NCBI GenBank assembly: GCA_965215235.1
Contig: OZ244053.1
Span: forward strand, 2,471,192 to 2,535,191
DNA: 64,000 nt
Reading direction: 5' to 3'
DNA from: Terriglobia bacterium
GTDB lineage: Bacteria > Acidobacteriota > Terriglobia > Versatilivoradales > Versatilivoraceae
Shown here: piece after piece, positions 9,665 through 20,216 of the stretch
Position numbering within the stretch: position 1 is the stretch's first letter
Layout: each line of letters begins with the position of its first letter
Notes under the pieces: generated by a model
Database searches by the model: none
Told to the model about the DNA's origin: nothing
What the model saw: the letters and a program-made list of their open reading frames with translations, nothing else
Translations under genes and position numbers: made by a program

Positions 9665-11921
9665 GTGGTTGCAATGAAGAGTGTTCGATGGATGCCGGTT
9701 CTGGGAATCCTGTTGATTTCGGTTCCCGGCTTCGCCACCTCGGGAATCGCTGTCGAAGGCGCGGATCAAGCCGAACCTTTTGATTTCTCCCGGGACGTCG
9801 TCGGGGTCTTGACGCGCAACGGGTGCAACGGTAGTGAATGCCATGGCGGGGTCAAGGGACGCGGGGGCTTCAAGCTGTCGTTGCATGGAATCAATCCCAG
9901 GGAGGACTACCGCTGGACCGTCAAGGGCGGGATTTACCAGGTGCTATCCCCTGAGGCCGCGGAACCGTTTCGTCCTCGAGTGAACCTCGAAGAGCCGGAG
10001 CAAAGTCGCTTGCTCCTGAAACCCACCCTGAGGTTGCCCCATGGGGGCGGGCAGCGCTTCGAGCCGGGCTCAGCCGATTACCGGATTCTGCTGGATTGGA
10101 TTCGCCAAGGGGCTCCTTACGAAGCGGACGGCCAGGCGCCGTCTCGAATCGAGCGGCTGGAGGTTTTCCCCGGAAAGGTGATCGTGGAACCGGAGGCTCA
10201 GCGGAAGCTCCGGGTGACCGCTTACTTGTCGGATGGCCGAACGGAGGACGTCAGCCCCGAGGTGCTTTATGAAACCAGCGATCCCCAGGTGGTTTCCGTT
10301 GGCTCCACCGGCTTGGTCCGCGCGCTGAAACCGGGGCAGGCAATCGTCACCGTGCGAGCCGCTGGAAAGCTGGTTCATGTCCGATGCGGAGTCATTCGGG
10401 GCCCGGTCTCGGATTATCCGGAGGTCGTCAAGCACAATTTCATTGATGACCATGTCTTTGGGCGACTGCGGAAGCTGCATATTCTTCCGGCGGCTCTGGC
10501 AAGCGACTCGGCCTTCTTGCGGCGAGTCTGTCTCGATCTGACGGGGACCTTGCCGCCGCCTGATCGGGTGCGGGAATTCCTCGCTGACCGGAACCCTCGG
10601 AAACGAAAACATCTGATTGAACAATTGCTGAACTCGCCCCGATATGCCGACTATTGGACCTTCCGCTTCGCCGACTTTTTTCGAGTGGTCTATCGGAACG
10701 CTTATACCTACAAAGGTTGGATTCGACAAAGCCTGGCTCGGAACAAACCCTATGATCAAATGGCCCGGGAGCGCGTGGCGGCCCAGGGCAACGGGGGGGC
10801 CACGCGACATTTTATCAAGTCGGTCAGCGGGGAGGTCATGCTGCCGCACGAGAAAATGGGTGAGGACGTTCGAGTCTTCCTGGGTATACGGTTGGACTGC
10901 GCTCAGTGTCATGACCACCCCTACGAAACCTGGACCCAGGATCAGTTCTGGGGGATTACGGCCTTCTACGGCCAGTTGACTCGAATCAGGAACCTCTCCG
11001 TCTTCATGGACGATTCCGCCGGCAATGGTGAGCGGCCGGAAGGGTCTCGGGTGATTCATCCCCGTCGCAGGCAGGAGGTGGCTCCCAGGTTTCTGGACGG
11101 CTCGGTTCCGCCGACGATTGGTAATAACCCGCGGGAGCGATTGGCGGACTGGATGACGGCGCCGGGCAATCCTTACTTTGCCCAAGCCATCGTCAACCGG
11201 GTATGGGCTTACTTTTTCGGAAAGGGTTTCGTAGAGCCGGTGGACGATTTCAGGCCCGGTAACCCCCCGACCCATCCCGAGTTGCTGCAGGGCCCTGGCG
11301 GAGGATTTCCGGCGGAGCGGCTATGACCTCAAGCATCTGATGAGAGTCGTTGCTCAATCCAGAACCTATCAGTTATCCGGAGATCTCAATGAGACCAACC
11401 AGGAGGATGAGATCAACTACTCCAGGGCTCTGCCGCGCAGGTTGGATGCTGAGATCCTGCTGGATGCCATCTCTGACGTGACCGGCGTCCAGGAGACGTT
11501 CCCGGTCCACGACTACGTGGGCGGGGGGACGGAGCCCCTGGGAACCCGAGCCATTGACCTGGTTCCTGAAGTGACGCCTTCCCAATTTCTGGAAGTTTAC
11601 GGGAGACCTATCAGCCGAGACAGTATGCCGTGGCGTGACCGCCGATCCACCCTCAGGCAGGCGCTGCACCTGCTGGTTGGCTCCACTTACACCACCAAGA
11701 TTTCGGCGGAAGGCGGCAGGGTCGATCGCCTCTTGGCCCGCGGCGCCTCCGACCGGGAGATCGTTGAAGAACTTTATCTGGCGGCTTTTTCCCGGTATCC
11801 GACCGCTGAAGATAAAGCGGGGCTCGAAGCCTTGATGGAAAAATCCTCTTCGCGCAAGAAAGGCATCGAGAACCTGGCCTGGGGGTTGCTCGCCTCTCGG
11901 CAGTTTACCTATAATCACTAG
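9665..11921 (+). CDS. PSCyt2/DUF1549-DUF1553 (PSD) family protein, split by an apparent +1 G insertion at about 11287
   Basis: Signal peptide, then '[11 protein letters not shown]' and '[11 protein letters not shown]' (DUF1549). Downstream '[19 protein letters not shown]' (DUF1553) lies in the next frame. Removing one G from 'CAGGGCC' restores '...[24 protein letters not shown]...'. Confidence 0.8.
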
Positions 11922-11977
11922 CCAGGCATCAACCGAACTCAGGGGGTTTCATACGGACAGGGGTCAGAGGATGTTTT

Positions 11978-12178
11978 ATGAAACTCAAGGTCGTCATACA
12001 TGAAGCAGAAAAAGGCGGGTACTGGGCTGAAGCGCCGTCTATTCCTGGTTGCGCCACACAAGGCGATACCTTTGATGAACTATTGAGCAACCTATACGAA
12101 GCTGTTGAGGGCTGCTTGTCTGTGGATGTTCAAGATATTGACCTATCAAAAGATAAGGTTATGGAGATAGCCGTTTGA
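11978..12178 (+). CDS. hicB: HicB-family antitoxin (UPF0150)
   Basis: '[44 protein letters not shown]' is the canonical HicB fold signature. The region is AT-rich. Confidence 0.8.
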   Translation: MKLKVVIHEAEKGGYWAEAPSIPGCATQGDTFDELLSNLYEAVEGCLSVDVQDIDLSKDKVMEIAV

Positions 12179-12180
12179 AG

Positions 12181-12380
12181 ATGGTTAGCGGCAAGAAATT
12201 TTGCCGTTTTCTCGAAGGCAAAGGATGGGGCTGAAGCGAATTAACGGAAGCCATCATATCTATACCAAGACAGGCATTGATGCTCGTATTTCACTACCAG
12301 TGCCTGGAAGCAAACCGTTAAAAACAGGTTTGCAAAGGTATCTGATGAAAGTCGCGGGAGTTGAAGAATCCGACTTGTAA
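12181..12380 (+). pseudogene. hicA: HicA toxin, frameshifted (1-bp deletion in a GGGG run)
   Basis: 'MVSGKKFCRFLEGKGWG*' then the next frame gives 'LKRINGSHHIYTKTGIDARISLPVPGSKPLKTGLQRYLMKVAGV' (HicA RNase core). Its ATG overlaps the hicB stop. Confidence 0.7.
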
Positions 12381-12480
12381 TCATCGCCTGAAAAGGTGCT
12401 GTACTGGACGACAATTCCGTTGCGCTTCATTGGCCGCCGGTGAGTTTGGTCAGGTATTTGGGCAGATAAAGGATACGCTT

Positions 12481-13816
12481 ATGAAAGAACTTGCCGATCA
12501 TGTTCGATGCTGCCAACCCCGTCGGGAATTCCTCAGAATCGGCTCTCTGAGCCTGCTGGGTCTGAGCCTCAGGCAGTACCTGGAACTGGAAGCCGCCACC
12601 CCGACTACCGTCGGTTCGAGGCAAAAAGCCCAGGCTTGTATTCTTCTGTGGCTGGAGGGTGGTCCCTCTCAGATCGACACTTGGGACCCTAAGCCCCATA
12701 GCCGGTTCAAGGCCATCCCGACCCGGGCCGACGGCGTTCGGATCTCGGAACTCTTCCCTCGGATCGCCGGGCACATGGACAAGTTGGCGATTGTGCGCTC
12801 CATGCACACCGAGGAGAACAACCACCCGCAGGGCACTCACTATGCCTTGACGGGTCATCGACCCAATCCGGCCTTGAAATTTCCCAGTCTGGGTTCGATC
12901 ATCTCCAAGGAGCTGGGCGCTCGGAACAACCTTCCCCCCTACATCATGGTGCCGGAGCACCACGAGAGCGATTTTTTCTCCTACGTCGATGCCTACACGG
13001 CGGCTTTCCTGGGTTCGGAATACGATCCGATTATCCTTCCGGATCCGAGCCAGGAATCCTTTCACATTCCGGATCTGTCTCTGCCGGATACGCTGTCGGC
13101 TGCGGATATTGCGAATCGCCGGTCGTTTCTGGGGGTCGTGGATCGGGCGTTCCGTCAAAAAGAAAAGAACGCCGAGTTCGGCAAAATGGACCGTTTCACC
13201 AACCAGGCCCCTGACCATGCTGCTTTCGCCGAGTGTCAAGCAAGCCTTCGACCTCTCCCAGGAGTCCGATAAAACCAAAGAGGCCTACGGACGCACGCGA
13301 GTCGGCCAGAGCGTTCTCCTGGCTCGCCGCCTGGTTGAAGCCGGTTGCCGGTTTGTGACCACCTCCGGTTACACGCACGGCGCCTGGGATACCCACAAGG
13401 ACAATGACCAGGTCCTTCGGGACAAGCTGGCGCCGACCCTGGACCAGACGCTTTCCGCCTTGCTGGAAGATTTGCAGCAACGCGGGTTGCTGGAGTCCAC
13501 CGTGGTTCTGGCCATGGGCGAGTTCGGTCGCACCCCTCATCTGAATGCCAACAACGGGCGGGATCATTATCCGGATTGTTGGTCGGTACTGCTGGGCGGA
13601 GGGGGTATTCAGGGAGGGCGAGTCGTGGGCGCCAGTGATGATCAGGGAGCCCAGGTGGCCGAACGGATGGTCACCATGGGAGACCTCTTCGCCACTATTT
13701 ACAAGGCCATGGGCATCGATTGGACCAAAGCCTACGTCAACCCCGGCGGGCGACCGCTTTACATCGCAAACTCCATTGACGACGTCATGGGGCAGCCGTT
13801 GAACGAACTGGTGTAG
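12481..13816 (+). CDS. DUF1501 family protein (Tat signal), split by an apparent +1 C insertion at about 13210
   Basis: 'RREFLRIGSLSLLGL' Tat motif plus 'LLWLEGGPSQIDTWDPKP' DUF1501 signature. The C-terminal half continues in the +1 frame; deleting one C from 'GGCCCCT' joins them. It pairs with the upstream DUF1549/1553 gene. Confidence 0.8.
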
Positions 13817-13842
13817 TCCGCAGAACTCCCGCACCTTCCGCC

Positions 13843-14000
13843 TGAGCGGTCGGCCTCAGTCGATGTTCCCTTCACGAATTCACACTCGCCCTCTCCCATC
13901 GAGAGAGGGAAGGATTGCCAAGCGGCGAACCAGTTTTTAACTCCCGTCCAATTACGTCTGTCCAATGACGGTGTAGCATGAACCGAGGCCGACCGCTTAG
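13843..14000. repeat. TIR element family A, copy 2; its terminal CGCTTAG supplies the vapC stop codon
   Basis: Termini 'TGAGCGGTCGGCCTCAGTCGATGTTCC' / 'CATGAACCGAGGCCGACCGCTTAG' are inverted repeats matching copy 1. The interior is unrelated to copy 1. Confidence 0.6.
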
Positions 14001-14410
14001 GCAGGCTCTTCCCATACCTCAACGATTAAACCTGGGACACGGGTAAACTCACGGGCGTTGGCCGTGACCATGGTCAGACCGTGGGCAAGACCCGTGGCTG
14101 CAAGCCAGAGATCGTTTGGCCCAATCATCTTGCCGGCTGCCGTCAGCTCTGCCCACACTTGCGCATGGGCTCGGGCGGTCGCCAAATCTATCGGCAACAG
14201 GGGAAAGCGCTCCAGCAGCGCTTCGACAAAGGCCGAACGCTTCGCTCGAACCTCCGGCTGCACTGCACGATGCACTCCGTGGAGGAGTTCGCTCGCTGTG
14301 ACCACTGAGAGAAAGAACTCTTCCTGTTGTCGCTGTGCGAGATGACGCTGCAGATTGAGACGCCCCCGCTCGTATTCGATCAGGATACTGGTATCAATCA
14401 AGACTGCCAC
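13997..14410 (-). CDS. vapC: VapC PIN-domain toxin
   Basis: 'MAVLIDTSILIEYERG...' PIN fold with conserved acidic residues. Overlaps the upstream antitoxin gene. Confidence 0.8.
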   Translation of the reverse strand: MAVLIDTSILIEYERGRLNLQRHLAQRQQEEFFLSVVTASELLHGVHRAVQPEVRAKRSAFVEALLERFPLLPIDLATARAHAQVWAELTAAGKMIGPNDLWLAATGLAHGLTMVTANAREFTRVPGLIVEVWEEPA

Positions 14411-14676
14411 GGGTCGTGGCCCTCCGCCCGAGCGAGCGCCTCCCGAGCCGCCGTGAGGTCGTCGGCAAGTTGCGTGGCTTCGGTTGGGGAGAGATGGGGA
14501 AGCGACGCCAATAGCGCAGGGAGTTCCGCAAGCCGTTTCCCCGCAGGAAGCGGGCGGAGTTCCGCCACGGGTTTATTGCCACGCACGAGTACAAAACATT
14601 CGCCACGATAGGACACGCGGTTGATGTACTCCGCGAAGTGACGAGCTACTTCAGTAACGGAGAGTGCCTGCGCCAT
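14398..14676 (-). CDS. vapB: Phd/YefM-type antitoxin (VapB partner)
   Basis: 'ALSVTEVARHFAEYINRVSYRGECFVLVRGNKPVAELRP' is typical of Phd/YefM. Has a 13-nt overlap with vapC. Confidence 0.75.
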   Translation of the reverse strand: MAQALSVTEVARHFAEYINRVSYRGECFVLVRGNKPVAELRPLPAGKRLAELPALLASLPHLSPTEATQLADDLTAAREALARAEGHDPWQS

Positions 14677-15262
14677 CAGAGATTCTCCATGAAAACCTGA
14701 AAATCATATTATCTGATTTCAATCTCGACGTCCACCAACTCCCCCCAAACGCCGAGCACGGTAGCTCAGGATCGAGAGGCCTGATGTGGAACCTGCCACT
14801 CCTACCGTTGGACATTCGCGCTGCTCCGGTTGTTGTAGATCCGTATAAGGTCCTCACCTCACGCGATTGCAGTGAGGTTGTCCGCGCCCTTACTGCAATC
14901 CGTGCAGCTGGTTGTTGGCGTCCGTCGGTCCATCAGACTCCAAACACCTCATTCGTCCAGTCGTCATTCTGCGGAAAGGACCCGTGGATCGACTTGTAGC
15001 AGCCCTTGCTCGACACGACCCGCATCATGTCCCGAAGAACTCAGTCAGCGTAAATACGCTTGTCGCCGGGATCGATCTCCTGCGCGATCCCGATGGCTCG
15101 GATCTCCATATTGGGTGAGCCTTGCCCAAGCATCCGCTTGATCGCGATGCGGTCTTCGGCTTGAATCTGAGTCGCGACGACGCGCCCAATGGTTTAATGT
15201 GGTGAGCCTCGGAGCATCGTGCGCCATCGGGCGGTTCAATCGCGGTACGGCAAATCCGACAT

Positions 15263-15776
15263 TTATTGATTGTGATGCAACTCTTTGATGAGGCGCGCCA
15301 GTGTCGTATCGCGGACAGTACGGATAGTTGTGATTGAGATTCGAGTTGCCGAGAGCGGTTCGATATCAGAGGGCTGCAATCCTAAATTATCATGCCGCAG
15401 TGCGACCCATCCAAGATGTTCCAGTGCGGTTGCGGCTTGTGGGTGCATTACCCATAAAAAACCCGTCGGGATGCGAACAGCCGGACGACCATACGCGCCA
15501 CCAACTAGGGTAGCCATCAGGACGTTTGTCAAGGGCCAAGCCGGTTTCATCACAGAACATGCGACCAAGCCGCCCGTAATGCAAGTTTGCTACAGAATAA
15601 CCGCCGGTGATTTCGGCGAGCTCGGCAAGTTTCGGCGACGTCGCCGTTCGATGTGGCGCAGCGTATTGCGATTGGAAAAGACGCCGTTGGATGCTATTCA
15701 TGCGATCCCGTACCGCGCGTAATCCGGCGACATATTCGTCGGCAGCGGGAATGTTCGCGAGTGTGCATTCACGCAA
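15263..15776 (-). CDS. Hypothetical protein, two ORFs joined across an A/T6 homopolymer frameshift
   Basis: ORFs 15390-15776 and 15263-15568 overlap. Changing one base in the homopolymer or the adjacent CCC joins 'RMNSIQRRLFQSQYAAPHRT...' to '...AATALEHLGWVALRHDN...IKELHHNQ'. No family recognised. Confidence 0.35.
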
Positions 15777-15784
15777 TTGACGGT

Positions 15785-15812
15785 GTGGTATGAACCGAGG
15801 TCTCCCGCTTAA
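15785..15812. repeat. Half copy (right TIR only) of family A element; its CGCTTAA supplies the Fe-ADH stop codon
   Basis: 'GTGGTATGAACCGAGGTCTCCCGCTTAA' matches the right terminus of copy 2 ('GTGTAGCATGAACCGAGGCCGACCGCTTAG'). No partner terminus was found within 200 bp. Confidence 0.45.
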
Positions 15813-17014
15813 TAGGCTGCCTGCAAGATTTCCTCCAGATCATCGACCGTGGCCGACCGGGGGTTACTGCGCATGAGCCGCTTGATCCCGAAGGCCATCT
15901 CCGCAAAGGAGCGGAGTTGGTGTTCCCGGACGCCGATCTCCCTGAGCTTGTCGGGAATTCCGATCTCTTTCCTCAGGGCGCGCACCTTCTCGATGGCTGC
16001 GTCGGCTGCAGCCTGAGGTGACGCGCCGGCTGCCTTGACGCCCATTAATTCGGCCAGGCGGTCCAGAGCCTCCACCCGACCTGGTTTGTTGAACTCCATC
16101 ACATAGGGCAATAACAAGCCGTTGCCGCAACCGTGCGAGCAGTGCACGGCCCCGCCGATGGGATATTCCAGCGCGTGCACCGCACCCACACCCACATTGC
16201 TGAACCCCATTCCCGCCATTAGAGCTCCCAGATGCATTCCCTCGCGGGCTGTCAGGTCTTGACCGTTCTTGACGGCGTCGGGCAGGTGGCAGACGATCAG
16301 CCGAACCGCCGGCTCCACCAGGGAATTTCCCAAGGGGTTGCGCCCCTGATAGATGGAAACTTCACCTTCCGGAATTTGCAGATCAGCGCTGTCGGTCGCC
16401 ATGAAGGCCTCGATGGCGTGAGTCAGGGCGTCGATGCCGCTGTCGGCCGTGGCCTTGGGAGGACAACTCACGGTCATGAGCGGATCGACCACGGCAACCC
16501 GGGGTCGCAGGTAGTTGCTGGCAATGGCGACCTTGATGTTGTTCTCCGTGTCGGTCAAGACGCCCGCATGGGATACCTCCGAACCCGTACCAGCCGTGGT
16601 CGACACGGCTATCAACGGCAGGATGGGCCCCGGGACAATCCCTTCACCGAAGTAGTCCTGGGGCCTGCCCCCGTGAGTGAGCAGGACGCCTACAGTCTTG
16701 GCCAGGTCCATATTGCTGCCCCCACCCAGTCCTACCAGTAAGTCCGGCTTCTGCTGCGAAGCAAAGCGGTGGCAATGGAGCAAGGCGTTGATGGAAGGCT
16801 CCGGCTCACCGCCATCGAAGAGGGTGACTTGAACACCTCCAGCAGTCAGGTGGGATTGAACCTGGTCGGCCAGACCTGCTGTAACCAGCACCTTGTCCGT
16901 CACCAGCAAGGCATTCCTGGCGCCGAGTTCCCGAGCGATTTCACCCAACTGGCTGGTGGCGCCTCTGCCAAAGTGAATGGCCCCGGCGGTGTGAAAACTC
17001 CAAGTGGTGCGCAT
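15809..17014 (-). CDS. Iron-containing alcohol dehydrogenase
   Basis: Fe-ADH family motifs throughout (GGGSNMDLAK, conserved His cluster region). Confidence 0.85.
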   Translation of the reverse strand: MRTTWSFHTAGAIHFGRGATSQLGEIARELGARNALLVTDKVLVTAGLADQVQSHLTAGGVQVTLFDGGEPEPSINALLHCHRFASQQKPDLLVGLGGGSNMDLAKTVGVLLTHGGRPQDYFGEGIVPGPILPLIAVSTTAGTGSEVSHAGVLTDTENNIKVAIASNYLRPRVAVVDPLMTVSCPPKATADSGIDALTHAIEAFMATDSADLQIPEGEVSIYQGRNPLGNSLVEPAVRLIVCHLPDAVKNGQDLTAREGMHLGALMAGMGFSNVGVGAVHALEYPIGGAVHCSHGCGNGLLLPYVMEFNKPGRVEALDRLAELMGVKAAGASPQAAADAAIEKVRALRKEIGIPDKLREIGVREHQLRSFAEMAFGIKRLMRSNPRSATVDDLEEILQAAY

Positions 17015-17242
17015 ATTGGCCTCTCCATGAGGGACAAAGGATCAATGAAAGCAGAACAAAGTATAAAGACTCCGTTCTGGATTGTCACCGCCCTTGATTG
17101 CCGGTTTGGTGATGGCCTGATTTTCTGCTGGAAAGAGATCCCGGAAGGGGAGTATTCTGAAAGAGATTGACTCACACCCGCCGAGAGGCTGGCGAAGGCG
17201 CACAACGGATGATGGACGTTTGATTGGCTGAAGAAGGAGGTC

Positions 17243-18310
17243 ATGATCCTCGCCATCTGGCTACTGCTGCAGCTCCCACGAAGGATCTTTCGTTTTGTCA
17301 CCCGGGCCACCCGGCTTTCGATTGCAACGGTGTTGCTGGCTCTCTTTCTGATGGGTGCTCTCTTGATGCCGTTGTTCGAAGGCCCGGAGAGCCGTTTCGC
17401 TTCGCTGGGGGACTACGCCTGGTGGTTCGTTGTGACTGCCACGACCGTGGGTTATGGAGACATCGCTCCTGTCACGGTGGGCGGACGCTTGGTGGCCATG
17501 GGAATCATGTTGTTGGGCATCGGCGTGATCGCCGTGGCCGTGGCCAAGCTGGCCGAATCCATGTTTGATTTTGGGAGAAAGCGTATGAAAGGGTTATCTC
17601 AGCTCGATGAGCAGGACCACTTGGTTGTCTTCGGATACACCCCGGGAGCGACGGAGGAACTGGTGCGGGAAATCCGCCATGACAAGTCGGCCAGGCGAAC
17701 GCCGATTGTGCTGTGTTCCAGCCGCGCGGAAGAAAACCCCATGCCGGGCCAAGTCCAGTTCGTCAAGGCGGATTTGGGATTTGGTTCCCATGACGTTCTG
17801 CAGCGCGCCTGCGTCAGTCGCGCCAGCCGCATCATTGTGCACGGCCACGACGACAACGAAACCCTCATTGCCGCCCTTGCGGCCAGAAGCGTCAATGCCT
17901 CCGCCCATATTGTCGCGCAACTGGATCGGTCCGAGAGTGAGATGCACATCAAACGGATTGATCCCGGGATCGAATGTGTCACGCCCTTGGCCGTTCCGCT
18001 CCTGGTTCGGGCGGTGCAGGAACGGGGAGCAACCTCAGTGATCAACTCCCTGCTGAGTAACTCCAATGATGACACCATCTACCGCCTCGACATCCCCTCG
18101 AGTCCGCTCAGTTGGAGCTTCGGCAGGTTACAGCGTTTCTTCAAGGAAAAGCTGGGAGCGACGCTCATCGCCGTCGCCACCGATTCCGAAGCTCAAGGCA
18201 ATCTCAAGCTCAACCCGGCTTTCGATTTTCAGGTGCGTGCAGGAACGTCCCTCTTCTATATTGCGCCGGAGCGCCTGGATTCGAGCGCGATCGAGTGGCA
18301 GCGGATCTGA
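17243..18310 (+). CDS. Two-TM potassium channel with C-terminal RCK/TrkA-N domain (MthK-like)
   Basis: Selectivity filter 'TTVGYGD'. Downstream Rossmann-like 'LVVFGYTPGATEEL'. Divergent from the ADH gene. Confidence 0.8.
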   Translation: MILAIWLLLQLPRRIFRFVTRATRLSIATVLLALFLMGALLMPLFEGPESRFASLGDYAWWFVVTATTVGYGDIAPVTVGGRLVAMGIMLLGIGVIAVAVAKLAESMFDFGRKRMKGLSQLDEQDHLVVFGYTPGATEELVREIRHDKSARRTPIVLCSSRAEENPMPGQVQFVKADLGFGSHDVLQRACVSRASRIIVHGHDDNETLIAALAARSVNASAHIVAQLDRSESEMHIKRIDPGIECVTPLAVPLLVRAVQERGATSVINSLLSNSNDDTIYRLDIPSSPLSWSFGRLQRFFKEKLGATLIAVATDSEAQGNLKLNPAFDFQVRAGTSLFYIAPERLDSSAIEWQRI

Positions 18311-18451
18311 GTCGGGCTGAAAGCCGGCAGGCGCGAGCGTTTTCCGGCAGTGGTCTCTGAGGCCGCCGACCGCTGGTGTCCTGTCCCGGCTGAAACCGAC
18401 TCTCCCCGCAGGCGCGCCCCCTCGGAAGTCGAAGGCGAGACCCACCCCTGC

Positions 18452-18474
18452 ACTCCTCAGAGGAGTGCAGCTCC
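18452..18474. terminator. Perfect 11-bp-stem palindrome CTGCACTCCTC-AGA-GGAGTGCAG between convergent genes
   Basis: Read directly. Lies between the K-channel 3' end (18310) and the speE-like 3' end (18550). No T-tract, which is common in GC-rich genomes. Confidence 0.35.
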
Positions 18475-18549
18475 TCCCAGGAGGGGAATGAACTTCCCCG
18501 CAGGCTCACTCCCCGGAAAATCAAGGCCCGTGCAGCCTGAGGCCAATCG

Positions 18550-20128
18550 TCAGTTTCGCCAGGCTTGTCGATGGTACTGAAGAATGGTGGGTCGGAACTT
18601 GGTATTGACTTCGATGTGCGCGTCGTCGAGCCAGGTCTTGCCAAAGGCGGTGGCGGTCGACACCAGTTGCGCCGTGAGGTAGCCGGTGGGGGCGCCGATG
18701 GACTTCAGCCCCTCCAGCTTTTCCTTCATGGCGGCTTCACTGACCCCATGCAGCCAAGCCAGATGCCAGCCCCACTCTCCGAAGCTGGGAACGTTCTGGT
18801 GGTAGGGCAGAACCCGGTAGCCGCCCGCCCGCAGCGTTTTTCCAATGCAAAGGAAAATCTCCTTGGAATGATAGGGTGAGGTGGATTGCACCGCCAACAG
18901 ACCGGTTGGACCCAACTGGTAGGCGAGTTTCCGATAGAAATCCAGAGAATAGAGTTTGGCAGTGCCCACCGATCGTGGATCGGGAAAGTCGATGATGATC
19001 ACGTCGTAGGGCCCCCTGAAGCTTTGAACGAATTGGTCGGCATCGACGTTGAATACCTGGACCGTTGCCTGGGAGTACACGGCGCCGCTCAGGAAAGAGG
19101 CGGCCAGCTTGCTGGGCCGGGATACCGTCCGGGCTTCTCCGCCGGAGACCCCCAGCGCCGGCCGAAGGGCCACGCGGCCGTCCAGCAATGATCGCCGGTT
19201 GAGCTGAACCAGATCCGGATGAGTGGCGGCCCAGGTGGGTCATGGCGGGATCGATGTCCACCAGGTCGACCCGTTGCACCCGATCGTATTTCAAGACCTC
19301 TCTGAGAGCCAGACCGTCTCCCCCTCCCAGAATCAGAATTCTTCCGGGTGAAGAAGCCACGGAAAAGGGAACGTGGACCAGCATCTCGTGGTAGATGTGC
19401 TCGTCCCGGGAATTGAACTGCAGGTGGCCATTGATGAAGAGGCTGAGTCGGTCATGCTTGCGGGTCATGACGATGTGCTGGTGCTTGGAGGTCTGACTGT
19501 AGATGATGGGATCGCTGTAGGTCCTTTGTTCCAGCGATACCCTCCAATCCTCTGACAAACTCAGCAGACAAACCAACAGAGCAGCGCAGGCGCATGAGAG
19601 GACCAGGAGTTTCTTGAAGTGTCGAAGCAGGGGGCGGAAATAGGCAATTCCCAGCAAGGCCAGGAGGAGGTTGGCGCACCCCAGGGCAACGGCGATCTGG
19701 TTGATGGACAGATTGGCGAAAAGGACGAAGGTAAACAACAGCGCCCCCACCAGCGAACCCACGTAATCCATGCTCAGAATCTCGGAGAGGTTGGTTTTCA
19801 GGCTGGAGGAATACTCTCGATTGATGCGTATCAACAGGGGGATTTCGAGCCCGATGAGGACGCCGATCCCCAGGGAGAATCCCCAAAGCAAAATCATATA
19901 GCTGGAGGAATAGACGTAGGCCAGATAGATGAGCAGTGCGCTGACGCCTCCCGTCAGCCCCAGCAGGATCTCAACCAGCAGAAACTTGTCGACGAGATCG
20001 CCGCTGATGTTTTTCTGGAGGGTTGCGCCCAGGCCCATGGCGAACATCATCAACCCGATGACCACGAAGATCTGTTCGTGGGAGGAACCCATCAGGTTGT
20101 TGCCGAGAGCCCCCCAAGGTATACTCAT
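18550..20128 (-). CDS. speE: Membrane-anchored polyamine aminopropyltransferase (spermidine synthase-like) with N-terminal multi-TM domain; apparent G-insertion frameshift at about 19231
   Basis: N-terminal about 230 aa of hydrophobic helices, then 'ILILGGGDGLALREVLKYDRVQRVDLVDIDPAMTHL' (SpeE AdoMet motif). The C-terminal half 'HPDLVQLNRRSLLDGRVALR...DVIIIDFPDP' lies in the adjacent frame. Removing one G from 'CTGGGCC' gives a continuous '...AMTHLAATHPDLVQLN...'. Confidence 0.8.
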
Positions 20129-20216
20129 AGGCAATCCCGCAGGCCCCCCATGACGAACATGGACGCGGCCAGCACTTTCCGGGCGTGCCCAAATCGATTC
20201 ATCGGGCAACCTGCCT

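Noticed and set aside
14680-15260. Gene remnants (short ORFs on both strands) between vapB and the frameshifted hypothetical gene
   Set aside because: Only 60-110 aa ORFs with no recognisable motifs. Possibly decayed sequence, with insufficient evidence to call a feature.
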